Assembly: GCA_951406725.2 (NCBI GenBank)
Contig: OX597815.1
Coordinates: 21,080,001-21,144,000, forward strand
Reading direction: 5' to 3'
Source of the DNA: Octopus vulgaris
Lineage: Eukaryota
DNA length: 64,000 bases
The position numbers were made by a program, and so were the translations under genes. Position 1 is the first letter of the stretch, and each line of letters starts with the position of its first letter. Shown here piece by piece: positions 14,472 to 28,189 of the stretch. Below the pieces are notes generated by a model. That model had not been told where the DNA came from. It made no database searches and was given only the letters and a program-made list of their open reading frames with translations.

Positions 14472-14969
14472 TGTGTGTGTGTGCGCACGAATGAGTGCGT
14501 TTTCATTGTGCAAAGTATTGTATAAAGTATTCTGTGCTAGTGAATGTGCCTGGCCTAGTGGTTGGGGTTGTTTGGCTTACGATAAGTTGTGAGTTCTATT
14601 CCTGGACCAGGTAATGCGTCGTCTCTTTGAACAAGTCACTTCCTTTCACATTACTCCATCCTACCGAACTGAAAATAATTTCCCGCCTAATGCTGGAATA
14701 GTTTTCTTTCCTTCCAGCTAGCACATCCTCAAGGGTAGGATGGTGAGAGGGTGTTTGCTTGCTTGCTTGCAACTACGTAGCCATGCTTTTTTCTGCAATC
14801 AATAACAAAAATTCCAAGACGATGAAATTAAAATTTCCGTACAGTTTACGTAATTTTTACATAATTATTAAGATCTGCATAATTTTTAAGTCTCCATTTT
14901 ATGCTTAGACTGGTGTTTATAGAATTAGCACAGTTTATATACATACCAAATGTATATATATATATATAT

Positions 14970-15103
14970 TAGGTAGTCCCAAAAGTTCGTAAACACTTGC
15001 GAAAATTGAATTTTTACTCGCCAAGTACAAACAAAAACAACAAAAATTATTCCTCAACATAAAGACCATTATTTTCCAAGACTTTCTACGAACTTTTGGG
15101 ACA

Positions 15104-15108
<5 letters not shown>
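14970..15108. mobile_element. Tc1/mariner-type MITE (about 140 bp)
   Basis: Terminal inverted repeats aggtagtcccaaaagttcgta / tacgaacttttgggacaacct, inserted in a (TA)n tract. Confidence 0.8.
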
Positions 15109-15150
<42 letters not shown>

Positions 15151-18100
15151 TTAATTTTGAGTTGACCAACGCCACTGAGCATCTACACATCCAGAAACTT
15201 TGTTATAGGGACTTTCTTTGTATCCATCGCGTATTCTACTGTTATTTTCCGTTTATTTCAGTATTTAATATTCATTAATTGAATGACTTTTCATTTTCGA
15301 GTGAAAAGTCATTCAGTTACTGACTACAAGCAAGGGCATTTCCTTTTCGAATTTCTGCTTTCGCTTTCTCGAACTTTGCGAACTGAGGTAGATGTCTTTT
15401 CATGCTGGAAATCCTTACAATCCTTATCTGAAAAAAAAGTCGGTTGTAACTCTTTTGGTCATGAACGAACTTGAGACTAACAAAACAACTTCCCATGTTA
15501 TTCAATTTTGTTAGTTAATAGCCGTTTACCGTCGCCTGCCCTGACATCGGGGAAAATTATTTATAGTAGATGTAATGTTTTGTGTTTTTACGCCCTCCTT
15601 TACTGTTGTCTGGTCTTTGGTACTTCAGGCGGTGTTTGAAACATAGTAACCTCCTTCAGAATGGAAATTGATTTCCTGTTATATTTAGTTTGACTTTATT
15701 GTCAACCAGATGTCATTGTAATTTCCTTTCACTATCTTTTAATAAAAATTTGTAAGAAGTAACGGACATTTAGTTTGACAAGATCCTCTCTAACTGATTC
15801 TCCTTTTATTGTCTGAGGAGTGATGGAGGACAGAAATTCAAAGCCTCGATATTGGTTATATAAACTAACTAATCCTCCACCCTTACATCTATGATAGAAT
15901 CAACAAATGTTTCTCACACATTCTCCAACAACCTGGGGGTTTTTTAAGATGTTATCCTTCCAAGGACTCTTCTAATTAATATGGACACAAGAACTCAAAA
16001 ATTAGAGAGATCCAGTAATTGTGACTCTAAAGAAAATTTAAATCTGAAACTACATATATGCCTTCCAGTCTAAGATATCATAACGGTGGTTATAGTTATA
16101 TTATATCTCAGACGCTAAAGTAGAATAAAAAGAACAAATAATTCTAGATATGAAGAGCAAATATCAGCGAAAACAGAACATTACATTCTCCAAAATGGTA
16201 TAGATATTTAGATATCTTTTTTAAAAAAACAAAAACCAAGAAATAGAATAATTAGTTGTAAGGTTGAGAAAACTAGTATATCATCGTGTGTAAAAAATAA
16301 TGCGGCAACCTGTTTGGAAGTGCTAAAAACATATAAAAAAAGACTGGTTAAAATAAAAGAATTCTTTAAAAATATTCTAGAAAAAAATGGAGATATTATT
16401 TGAATTGAAAGATATGGGAATAGTGTCATGTATATCATGGGTGTTGACAACAACCTTTATCTTAGAATATAAAACAAGAAGAATAAGAACAGATACAAAA
16501 TAAACGCGAAGATGCAAACGCTGTAATGTTGAAAATCTCAACGAAGTCAACTTTGCCTTCCATTGCAGTCTAGGTGGGGATTAATCGCGTCCCTTCAAAA
16601 TTGCTGGCCTTGTGTCTTGATCTGAAACTATTGTAATATTTCCTCATATATCATAATAATTAACTTAGCTATGCCGAATACCTTTAACGTGGTGTAGACG
16701 CCAAATGAGACACAAAAGAATTACACTTAGCTTCTGAATCCTTAAATTTTACTTGTATGAAATCTGTCCATAATACAATTTGTGTCTGAAATAGCTGGAA
16801 TGGTACTTAATTGCTTCCATCCAGTAGGGGGGGTAGGATAAGTAATGTATAATACTGCATCAATATTAACAACAAAATATGTAGTATTTAAAAATCGTAC
16901 ATGAATTCTCCCCGAATTTACCATAATTTTTCTTTCTGAATCTTGGAAAGACACTGGAAAACTAAATGGGTGTTGATTATTGCTGTTATTGTTCTTGTTG
17001 CAGTTGTTACTCTTTAGCATTGGATCAACTGAATAACAGCTAGGATGTCTTAAAGGCATCCTAGCCGTGTCTTTGTCGTCTTTTGGAGAATTTCTAGGAA
17101 TACGTTGTTTACAGTGCCCTTCTCTTTTAAGACGGTATGGTATGGTTCTATGGAGACTTGGATGCTATTTCTAACAGATCGAGTGTCCAGTAGAGATTTC
17201 CATGATTTTCCATGCTTCTACGTTGTTAATTAGCATTTACATTAGGACCTATTTGGGTTTTCTTGAAGTTTGCTTTTTGAGTTTCTCTACGAGTTTTTGT
17301 ACCAAATAAGGAGCCTCTGTTACGGTGGCTCATTTAACAGCTAAATTTATCTCAAATCACCCCCAATATTTTACAAGTTAATGTATCCGGTTGGATACAT
17401 TACATTTTTTTTAAATGTCAGGATGAACACTGCTTCAACATCTTTTATCAAAAATTTGATTGATCGGAATTGACCAAGAGTTAAGCCACAACAACAACTG
17501 TTACTAATAGTACGACTATTTTTCCCCTCTGATAAGGAACATGATCCTAATATAGTGAATCAACAGACTGCAGAGCTAAGCTTGTCACTTGAATCCCTAA
17601 GTTGTAAACAAGTTACACAGCTCTTTAACCTTGCCATGAGATGAGATGATCAGCGAGCTCTGTTAATCGTGAAACAAGTTATAGTTATGAAAACAAAGGA
17701 TTTATAGTGATAACTGAAGGTCAGAGGTGAAGAGGAGGTCAAACACTTGTCGAGGGAGAGGCCAACGAAACGAAAAATGAATTAGCCACTGACACCGGAA
17801 ATTAACCTAATCTATAACGAACCGCTGAAAAATCAAAAAGATGGAATATTATATAATCTTCGCTTATATGTTATATATACATTCATACTCGCTCACACAC
17901 ACACACACAAGAACGTGTATAAATATATGTATATATGTGCATACGTATGTATATGCTATTGTGTGAATATGTGTGTATATGTGTGTTTCAGAATGTGCTC
18001 TGCATGTAAGTATACATATATTAAATACAAATAGAGTTAGTTTGGAAAATTGAATCGGCTAACCTAAAATTAGAGTGTGAATTTCGGGTGAAATAGTAGA

Positions 18101-18197
18101 GAAATGGCTGATTCGAAAGGATCATATGCATACTGACACATATACGTATTTATGTATATGTTTGTTCATATATACATACACACACATATATATAGAA

Positions 18198-18249
<52 letters not shown>

Positions 18250-18618
18250 GTATGTATATATATATATGTATGTATGTATGTATGTATGGATGGATGGATG
18301 GATGGATGCATGTATGTATGTATGTATGTATGTATGTATGTATATGTATATGTTTATACATAATTTTCATAGATTCGTGTGAGGGAGTGTGTGTATGTGT
18401 ATTTGTACATGTATCTCTCTTTTTTATCTCTCTCACTCTCTATTTCAGTATGTGTGTGCAAATATTTGTGTGCGCTTCTATGCGTGTGCTTTCGAGTTAT
18501 TCCAAAAGAAGGGTTAGTTCACGTTTCCTTGAAAGTTTATGAAATTCTTATGACAAGAATAATATACAGAATATCATATATATATATATATATTTATATA
18601 TAGTAAATCCCAAATATC

Positions 18619-18761
<143 letters not shown>

Positions 18762-18765
18762 GTAA

Positions 18766-18798
<33 letters not shown>

Positions 18799-18799
18799 G

Positions 18800-18840
<41 letters not shown>

Positions 18841-18948
18841 AATCCCAAAAAAGAACAACAAACACAAAACACAAAAAAAACAACAACCCAAGGAAGTAGT
18901 ACATGTAAAGTATTAGCAGATGCTGAGGGAAGGAAAGAAATGATGGTT

Positions 18949-18980
18949 TAACGTTTCGAGCAACGCTCTTCTTCAGAAAC
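18949..18980 (-). ncRNA. Minimal type I hammerhead ribozyme motif in a Penelope-like terminal repeat (about 18836-19050)
   Basis: Minus strand reads CUGAAGA-A-GAGC-GUU-GCUC-GAAAC-GUUA: intact core boxes and a 4-bp stem II. Stem I is weak. Confidence 0.6.
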
Positions 18981-19562
18981 AGAAGAAAGTCCAATAGAAA
19001 GGAAGACGGAGGAAGCAATTCGCCAACGATTCACATGTGGTTACATTCTGAAAAATGTATATAAATATATATAGACAGAAATATGTAATGTTTAACCAAA
19101 TAGGAAAACTATAGTTGTCACTAAATGTGACTACGATGTTAGAACACCCTACATTGCTAGAAATATGAGCCAAAAAGCTCTAATGTTGTAGTTAAAGCTC
19201 TCCAAAGTTCTATGCAAATATAACCTCAGAAATACAGCTGAAGCATTAAGAACACGGGATACGTGAAATTTAGGAGAAATAAGACGTACAATTGTGAACC
19301 AGGAAAGTATGACGCCAAATATGATTAGAAATTTGTATATACCGTGGAATGTAGATGTGTTTGTGTCTTCCTCTTTGTGCGTGTTTTTGTTGTATGCGTG
19401 CATGTTTATTTTCTGTGTGTGGAGGGTGGGGGTTTTCAGGCGTGTGGATTTTGTAGACATCTGTGAGCAGATACCATCTGATGGAAAAATCCGACAGTAC
19501 CGATGGAAATTAATTCACACATTTCTCTTCCATCGTTTTTCCTGTGAACTTTTACATACTCT

Positions 19563-19712
19563 AGCATAGCTAGTGGGGGCGATCCGCTCCGGGCGGCACT
19601 TTTAAAGGGGCACCACTTCTGGGTCTGCTGTAGGAAATATGTGTTCTTTTGCAGGGTCTGGGAGCGGCAAACGGAAGGGCCGCTTGGCCGGTACTCACTC
19701 TAGCTACTCTAT
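19563..19712. mobile_element. Degenerate GC-rich MITE (possibly hAT-type)
   Basis: GC-rich 150-bp island bounded by imperfect inverted ends agcatagctag / ctagctactct. Confidence 0.4.
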
Positions 19713-19803
19713 TGCTTACATATATTAACAGATATTCCATACTGAGGGTTTATATCGTCTTGGTATGGTATAACCTCAACAGAGAGCTAGCAAGCTAGCT
19801 AGG

Positions 19804-19868
<65 letters not shown>

Positions 19869-19941
19869 GGATGGATGGATGGATGGATGGATGGATGGAT
19901 GGATGGATGGATGGATGGATGGATAGATAGATAGATAGATA

Positions 19942-20012
19942 TGTTTCTTTATTAGCCACACAGGGCTGCACACAGATAGAACAAATTACAAGGTAGAGCT
20001 TTTCTTTTGAAG

Positions 20013-20048
<36 letters not shown>

Positions 20049-20128
20049 AAGGGGGAGTTTCGATCAAAAGGGATCGTAAAAGGAGAGAAAGAGGACAAAA
20101 AAAGGGGGTTAAAAAAAAGGGGGAGAGG

Positions 20129-20161
<33 letters not shown>

Positions 20162-22072
20162 CAATAGGGATCGTTATCACAGAAATGTCAATATGAAGTG
20201 TAAAGGGGAGGACAGGTGAGGTTTACCCGTGGAAAGAAAAGCCTACGGAAAAGACCACGGTAACCTCGGTCAATGAAGTCACATTTTATATTTCTTTTTT
20301 TTTTTTTTGCAAATAAGCAACTCTCTGTTTTCGATTTCTGGGTTCATAGGACTATGCTCAAGGTGGCTTCGTCATTCATACGTGCCATTCTTGCTACATT
20401 CACCCATCTTTTTTAAAACATTCGCTAGACAAAACTTGCCTCTCTACTCTCACTTTCCTTTTCAAGTGGTACTTGAAGAAGTTGATGAGTGATTGACCAG
20501 AGAGGAAAGTGTTTGTCTCCAATCCTTTCAGACGCGTCCACCAGATACATTCTTTCGCCATAGCCACCAGGATGATGAAAATAGCTCTTCCTTCCCGTTT
20601 GAAGGAAGGAGGCGTGACAATATTGACGATAGACTCAGCTGATAAACCGACTCGTCCCACACGTGACAGCAGTTGTTCGACATAAGCCCACAGGTCGGAA
20701 ATTGTTGGACACTGAACGAGTGCGTGCAGAACGGTTTCGTCGCTCTGACCGCATCTCGGGCAGGTCGGCCCCGTGTTTCTCGAGCCGTGTCTGTAGAGCT
20801 TATCCCGAACGGGTAGCGCTTCTCGGTAGCACTGCCAGGCCAGGGATCTCTGGAAGTTGTCCATGGGCCCTGGCCCGAAAGTCGTCCTGAACAGGCGGGT
20901 CAGGTACTCCTCGTCGACGTCCAGGTTCGCCCCGAGCTCGTCGTCGTACCTCCCCTCCACTAAACCCCTATAGAATGCTTTGGTTGTGTTGAAGTCACTT
21001 AAGGTCGACCCAGGACGGCAGAGTTGCTTGAGAGCAACGCGACACTCGCGGTGCCATTCGCCCTTCCTCGGCCTCTTTTTGATCCACGACTGCAGTTCGG
21101 TCATGGAGACGAGCTGCGGGAAAGCGTGCCTCACAAACGGCGACCACACCTGTTCACCGTCGTCTACATAGAGCCAGAGATGCCGCAGTCTCAGCGCGTG
21201 TCTGCGCATCATCAACCACGGCATGCCCAGCCCTCCTTTTAACGGGTGTTGACAGCAAATGGATCGCCTGACCATCGGGACGCATCCTTTCCACAAGAAG
21301 CGAAAGAGGATGCGTTGTAGTTTGGTGATGGTAGGGTCGGGACAAGGTACGACGGTCAGGCGGTAGTAGATGACGGACGCGATGTACGTGTTCGCCACCT
21401 CCGCTCGACCTTTTAGGGACAGTTTCCTCTCGGCCCATTGCCGGGCGAGAGTGACCACCCTACTCGTTATCTCGTTCCAGTTCTTCTCCACTTGGAGGTC
21501 CGGACCAAACCAGACCCCGAGCAACTCAACCGGGCCGTCGGTCCAGCGTCCCACGACGGAGGCGCTGGTGGACGGCATGGGCTTGCTTCTCCAGGTGCCT
21601 AGTCGCAAGCCCACTGACTTTTCCCGGTTGATTTTCGCTCCTGTCACCGCTTCGTAGTTTTTCAGTGTCTCGCCGACCAGCTCGATGTGCTCGTGGCTAG
21701 ACACTATGACGGTGACGTCGTCCGCGTATGCAGACACGCTCGTCCCGCATCCCAATTCTCGCGGGATGCCCTTAGAGTCGCCAGCTTCCGCAGTAGTGGC
21801 TCAAGAGTCAATACGTATAGAAGCGCCGAGAGGGGGCATCCCTGACGGACCGAACGTGCAATGTTGAAAGGTCTCGATAGATGTCCATTTACGCGAATTA
21901 CCGAACGGATGCCTCTGTACAAGGCAGCTATCCATCCGCGGAAAACGGGACCGAAACCAGCCGCTCTCAGGACTGCCCCCAAGTATCGATGGTCTACCCT
22001 ATCAAAGGCTTTCGATTGATCCAAGTTGATCAGGGCCCCACCCATGCCAGGTTCGTTAACTACCCTGTCTAT

Positions 22073-22075
<3 letters not shown>
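19942..22075 (-). mobile_element. 5'-truncated L1/Tx1-clade non-LTR retrotransposon inserted in (GATA)n
   Basis: RT motifs LDQSKAFDRV, RQGCPLS and YADD, C-terminal CPRC..ETVLHALVQC zinc knuckle, U-rich 3' UTR and AATAAA at the end. (GATA)n flanks both sides (19804-19941 and 22073-22144). Confidence 0.93.
20350..22072 (-). pseudogene. Truncated ORF2 (reverse transcriptase plus zf-RVT) of the Tx1/L1 element, with frameshifts
   Basis: ORFs 21704-22045 and 20400-21755 join via a frameshift near 21770. A second apparent 1-nt shift in an A-run near 20410 restores the ending KRWVNVARMARMNDEATLSIVL*. No endonuclease domain is present. Confidence 0.88.
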
Positions 22076-22145
<70 letters not shown>

Positions 22146-22831
22146 GATTATAAATAGCTATATAGATAGTTAGCTAGGTACACACAAATACACATACACG
22201 TATAAATATATTTATACCTTCATTCATACTAAGGAAGATTAATGAGTCGAGTAAGAAGGTGAGAGAGTATTTGGGTAGGCTGAAAGTTAAGGTACTTCTT
22301 TAATTCATATTTGTTTCTCTCTATATATATATGTGTGTATGAGTGTGTGTATACATGTATGTATATTTCTTTCCATGAGTGTGCGTATGTATGTATGTAC
22401 GCATTTGTATTATATCTTTGTATGCGCGCATCTGCATGTACTTTTGTATGTGTGCGAGTATTATTTCAATTAGTTGCTGCTGCTATCGTATGTAATGACA
22501 ATATAGCTTTGTACGTAATACACACACTTTCTCAATACGCTACCTTATCAATGCTGCCTTTTATCTGTGCCTTTTGTTGTTCATCCTTCTTTCACTTTCA
22601 CTTTCACTTCTATCATTGTTTATTAAAGTTACTACCTTTCATCATTCAGGGTTTCACTTGATGTCTTTTCTTTTCGTTTTCACATTGTTGGCGCTGATAC
22701 TGCCTCTTATGTACTCACCTGAGATAGTTGAACTAGTGATATAATAAAACACATGCGCACTCACACACGCACTTACATAGATTACAAACACACACACAGA
22801 CACACACACACACACATCACATAAGCATTAT

Positions 22832-23009
22832 ATGTGGATGTGTGGCTAGAAGTTTGTTTCTCAGCCACATGGTTCCGAGTTCAGTTCCACTGCGTGACAA
22901 CTTCGGCTTGTTGGGCAAGTGTCTTCAACTATAGCCTCGAACCGACTAAAGCCTTATGAGTGGATATGACCGACAGAAATTATATAAATATACATACAAA
23001 CATGTATAT

Positions 23010-23044
<35 letters not shown>

Positions 23045-23132
23045 TGTGTGTGTGTGCGTGTGTATGTTTGCGTGTGTGTGTGTGTATATGTATATATATA
23101 TGTGTATATATATGTATATATATATATATATG

Positions 23133-23179
<47 letters not shown>

Positions 23180-23592
23180 TCTGAGACCCCCTTCGGTCAT
23201 GACCGACCATGGGATTGTGCCGAGAAAGTTACCCTCCCAGGCACAAGTCCGAGCAAGGTTGTTTATGGAAGACCAGCAGTCGCCCATGCATACTGGCCTC
23301 CCCTCTCCACACCACCAGTCTTATCCAAGGGAAAGGCAACGGAGCCGATACAGCTTGGCACCTGTGACATTGCATCTCATTTCTACAGCTGAGTGAACTG
23401 GAGCAACGTGAAATAAAGTGTCTTGCTCAAGAACACAACACACAACTCGGTCCGGGATTCGAGCTCACAACCTCACGATCGTAAGCTTGACGTTCTAACC
23501 AGTGAGCCATGCACCTTCATTTATATATATATATATACACACACATACATATATATATATATACACATACATGTATATAGATGTATATATAT

Positions 23593-23631
<39 letters not shown>

Positions 23632-23686
23632 GATTATACACATATACATGTATATATGTATATATGTGTATGTATATATGTATATT

Positions 23687-23740
<54 letters not shown>

Positions 23741-24020
23741 AAATATATATGTATATGTATGTATTTATATATATGTATATATATATATACACACACACAC
23801 ACATATATGTATATATATACATATTAGTGTGTGTGCGGCTTGGCGTCTGTGTTTGTTCAGAACCACCGCTTGACAATCGGTGTTAGTGTGTTAACATCCC
23901 CGTAACTTCCAAATACCAGGCTTTGAAACAAATAAGTAGTGATTCGTATGAATATAATTCCTTAATGCAGTGCCCCTACACAGCCACAGTCAAATGCCTG
24001 GAACAAGTAACAGATAAAAG
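22832..24020 (+). mobile_element. SINE family B with expanded internal microsatellite hosting a nested SINE
   Basis: 5' part 22832-22980 (gtggatgtgtgg...ttgggcaagtgtcttc). 3' part about 23845-24020 (cgcttgacaatcggtgttag...cagtcaaatgcctggaacaagtaa). Confidence 0.7.
23180..23520 (-). mobile_element. tRNA-headed SINE (family D-related core, different tail), nested
   Basis: Reverse complement starts tgaaggtgcatggctcactggttaga...gagctcgaatcccgg...cttgagcaagacactttatttcacgttgctccagttcactcagctg. Confidence 0.75.
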
Positions 24021-24042
24021 ATGTGTGTGTGTGTGTGTGTGT

Positions 24043-24070
24043 GAAGTTTCTCGCTGCCGATCTTCAGACG
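24043..24070 (-). ncRNA. Hammerhead ribozyme core, 3'-truncated
   Basis: Minus strand reads CUGAAGA-UCG-GCAG-CGA-GAAAC-UUC, then runs into (CA)n. Confidence 0.5.
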
Positions 24071-24566
24071 ATTACAAAAACAGGAGTATGAAATTTGGTA
24101 TATATAAAGCACGCAGTAAAAAGGATTGAATAAGGATATACTCGTTGTTTGAAATATAATACTGGATGTGGTAGATATAAAAACAAAGTATACAATACTA
24201 AATAGAGAATATGAGAATATATAAATGTGTATACATGAAAAATATATAATAAAATCAATCACATATATAGAAAAATATATGTACACGTAAAAGTGAGAAA
24301 GTATTAGTATTACACGTGTGTGTAAGAAACAATATAAAGTGAAACAGCACGTAGCTGTTATGCATCTTTAGTTTCTTAAAACATGGACATAAAAGTGTTT
24401 CAAACGATATTAAAAAAAGTGGAGAACTCGGCGTAGATATATGTGTATTTCTCATCACATTGTGTGTGTTTGTGTGTGTGTGTGAGTAAGTTTTAATATA
24501 TATATATATGACAAAACGTCATTTGTTGGACACACTACTTTCATTTTATGATTGCATGTGCGAGAG

Positions 24567-24645
<79 letters not shown>

Positions 24646-24672
24646 TAATATATATAATATATATAATATATA

Positions 24673-24704
<32 letters not shown>

Positions 24705-24808
24705 CATATATATATACATGTTTATTTATATATTTATTAGTGTGTAACTGTATGTGAAAATATATATGTCTGTGCGTGTGTATATGCATATATATAGATA
24801 TATTTATC

Positions 24809-24839
<31 letters not shown>

Positions 24840-25133
24840 CACACACACACACATAAGTATGTATGTATATATATATATATATATGCATGCACTCGTAGAC
24901 TTAGCCGTAGATGTAGACATAGTATGATGATGTTTTAATTTAGGTTATTTTAAACTCTATGCCAATAAGAAAATATACGAAAAATAACAGCAGAGCAAGA
25001 CCTAAAACCGCCGTGATACACTGTGTTAAGAACCCGATATCTATTGTTAAACTCCTAAAAACCTGATAACGCCATTAAGAGACGAAATGTTGAGCGTTTG
25101 AAAGTCAAATCAAAAATTGCACGCATAACGCTT

Positions 25134-25178
<45 letters not shown>

Positions 25179-25179
25179 C

Positions 25180-25234
<55 letters not shown>

Positions 25235-25407
25235 CGTACGCAGCCAGACATACCTGCGCGTGCAAACAGTTGCATGCACATATATATATACACATATGTA
25301 TGTATCTGTATGTATATATATATTTTAAGTATACATATTTATGCATACGCATATATATGTGTGTGTGTGTGCGTATTTATGTATGTAAGTGCATATATAT
25401 ACATACT

Positions 25408-25498
<91 letters not shown>

Positions 25499-25866
25499 TC
25501 AGACGGAGAGATAGAAAGACAGATAAATAGAAAATATGTATATTGTTATATTATAAAATTGCACGTATGTAATGTCGTAATGTATTCGCTATCCACGGTG
25601 TGAATTTCTTGTTATTTCTATGTGTGTACGTTTGTGTGTTATATTATATATTTTACACATATATATATATATATATACGTATACATATGCATACACATAC
25701 ACACCCACATACACGCTTATATATATAAGAGAGAGGGATTTATACTTATATACTTATATGTATGTATTTATACGTATATTACTGGATGGAGAATCTTTTG
25801 TTGAGCTTACCTTAAACTATACACGCAGACACATACAAACACACACACACACACACACACGTAGAA

Positions 25867-25899
<33 letters not shown>

Positions 25900-26103
25900 T
25901 GTATGTATATACACGTGTATATATTCATAAATATATATATATGCATATATTTGTATGTGCACATACATGCATGCATGCATACATACATACATATTATCAC
26001 TCTCTCTATATATATATATATTATATATACATATATATATATATACTTACGTACATACATACATACATACATACATACATACATACATACATACATACAT
26101 ACA

Positions 26104-26134
<31 letters not shown>

Positions 26135-26274
26135 GATATTTCTCGAGTACAACAGCACATTTTCGTTCAAATTTTTTGAAATAGTAAATCGTAAAATGAA
26201 CTATATTCAAACGTAATGTAAACGGAATGACAAGTGAAAATTAATCGGGGCATACTTACTAAGAATACCTTTCC

Positions 26275-26391
<117 letters not shown>

Positions 26392-26998
26392 AGTATGTTT
26401 ATATTCATATACCAGTATACAGATTTGAATGTGGGTGAATTTGTCAAAAGTACAGCAGTGTTAAAGTATGCAATAGCGCGTGTACGTGATGAGGTAGCAA
26501 AAATCACAGCTTCGCGGTATGTGTGTATGTACGTGTGAGTATGTGCATCTGTATAATATATATATATATATATAATACAGACGCACATATGCAAACATGC
26601 ACATAAAAGTCACATTTCCACGCCCACGTATATATTTATTACACCCACAGTATTTTTAAGTACAACTTATCTTTAGATGTGCTTTGAAATATATATTTAC
26701 ACGAATTTATTCAGATTCATGCACAAACACACTGAAACAGATACACACACACACAAACACGCACACATATATATACACATACACACGCACACATACAAAC
26801 ATGCATACAAATACACACACACACACATATATACACATATATGCGCATTATGTGTATGCATATACATATAAACATATGTGTATATATATGTGTATATATA
26901 TATATATATACATGTGTGTGTGCGCATACTGTGTATACATTTTAATGTAATGTTTAAATATATGTATATGTATGAATACACACATGCATAATATATGC

Positions 26999-27043
<45 letters not shown>

Positions 27044-27086
27044 CGTGTATGCATATATATACATATATATATATATATATACATAC

Positions 27087-27178
<92 letters not shown>

Positions 27179-27297
27179 GCACATATGTATTCACACATAT
27201 ATATATATCAACATCTGCATACAAAATAAGTTCTAATTTTATAGTAAATAATTCGAGAGCATTTTTTAAAACTAATAATATATATTGAACTTCCCAG

Positions 27298-27387
27298 ATT
27301 ATCTTGCTTTGCTAATGAAGCATAGAAAAGAGCGAGGCGGTGATCCATCGGAAGAAACGGACGTCAGACAACTTATGAACACTCAAT
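27298..27387 (+). CDS. Candidate N-terminal coding exon of the Lhx3/4 gene (90 bp, phase 1-1)
   Basis: Branch-like actaat at 27271, acceptor ttcccag|, open frame [31 protein letters not shown], donor |gtgaga. Phase fits the exon at 43540. Unique-sequence island among microsatellites. Confidence 0.4.
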
Positions 27388-27679
27388 GTGAGATGCATGT
27401 TTATATATACATATATATATATATCTATATCTATTTACGTTATTTTACTTATTTAACAATTCTTATAAAGTGGTAGAATTTTTTACACAATTGTTTCGAA
27501 GTATATATATATATCAGTGTCCATATATTTTGTGTCACTAGCAACAATTAACGAGCTCTTCCCCTCTCTCTCTTTCTCTCCTTCCCCTCCTCTCTCTATT
27601 TCTTACTCTGTATATATGTATATATATATATGTGTGTGTGTGTGAGTATATATTTGCATATATATGTATATACATACAC

Positions 27680-27740
<61 letters not shown>

Positions 27741-27940
27741 CATATACACACATATATATGTATGTATATGTATATATATATAGATATATGCATACATATA
27801 TATATATACATGTATATCTCCCTCCTCTTTTCCTATCTCTCCCTCTTTCTCTTCTTGCCTCTCTCACTCAGTCGATCTGTCTATATCTTTCTGTCTACAG
27901 TCTATTTCTAAGTATATCTCTCCATATCGATATGTATCTC

Positions 27941-27978
<38 letters not shown>

Positions 27979-28087
27979 TTTTATCCACCAACTTCATATA
28001 TCTCACTGCATCTACATCTGTCTACCTGTCCACATTTCTATTCCTTTCTCTATATCTATTGATCTATATTTTTATCTATCTGTGTAT

Positions 28088-28189
<102 letters not shown>

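Noticed and set aside
15813-15890. CUGAGGA followed by a possible long stem (ggagga/tcctcc)
   Set aside because: No GAAAC box after the stem. At most a heavily decayed hammerhead.
19478-19515. CUGAUGG...GAAAU hammerhead-like spacing
   Set aside because: The core deviates and no convincing stems form.
20663-22081. Plus-strand ORFs within the LINE
   Set aside because: Antisense shadow frames of the GC-rich RT coding region.
26423-26516. Open frame [31 protein letters not shown] bounded by ag and gtatgt
   Set aside because: No polypyrimidine tract. It ends in phase 2, which is incompatible with the phase-1 exons downstream, and gtatgt is ubiquitous in these microsatellites.
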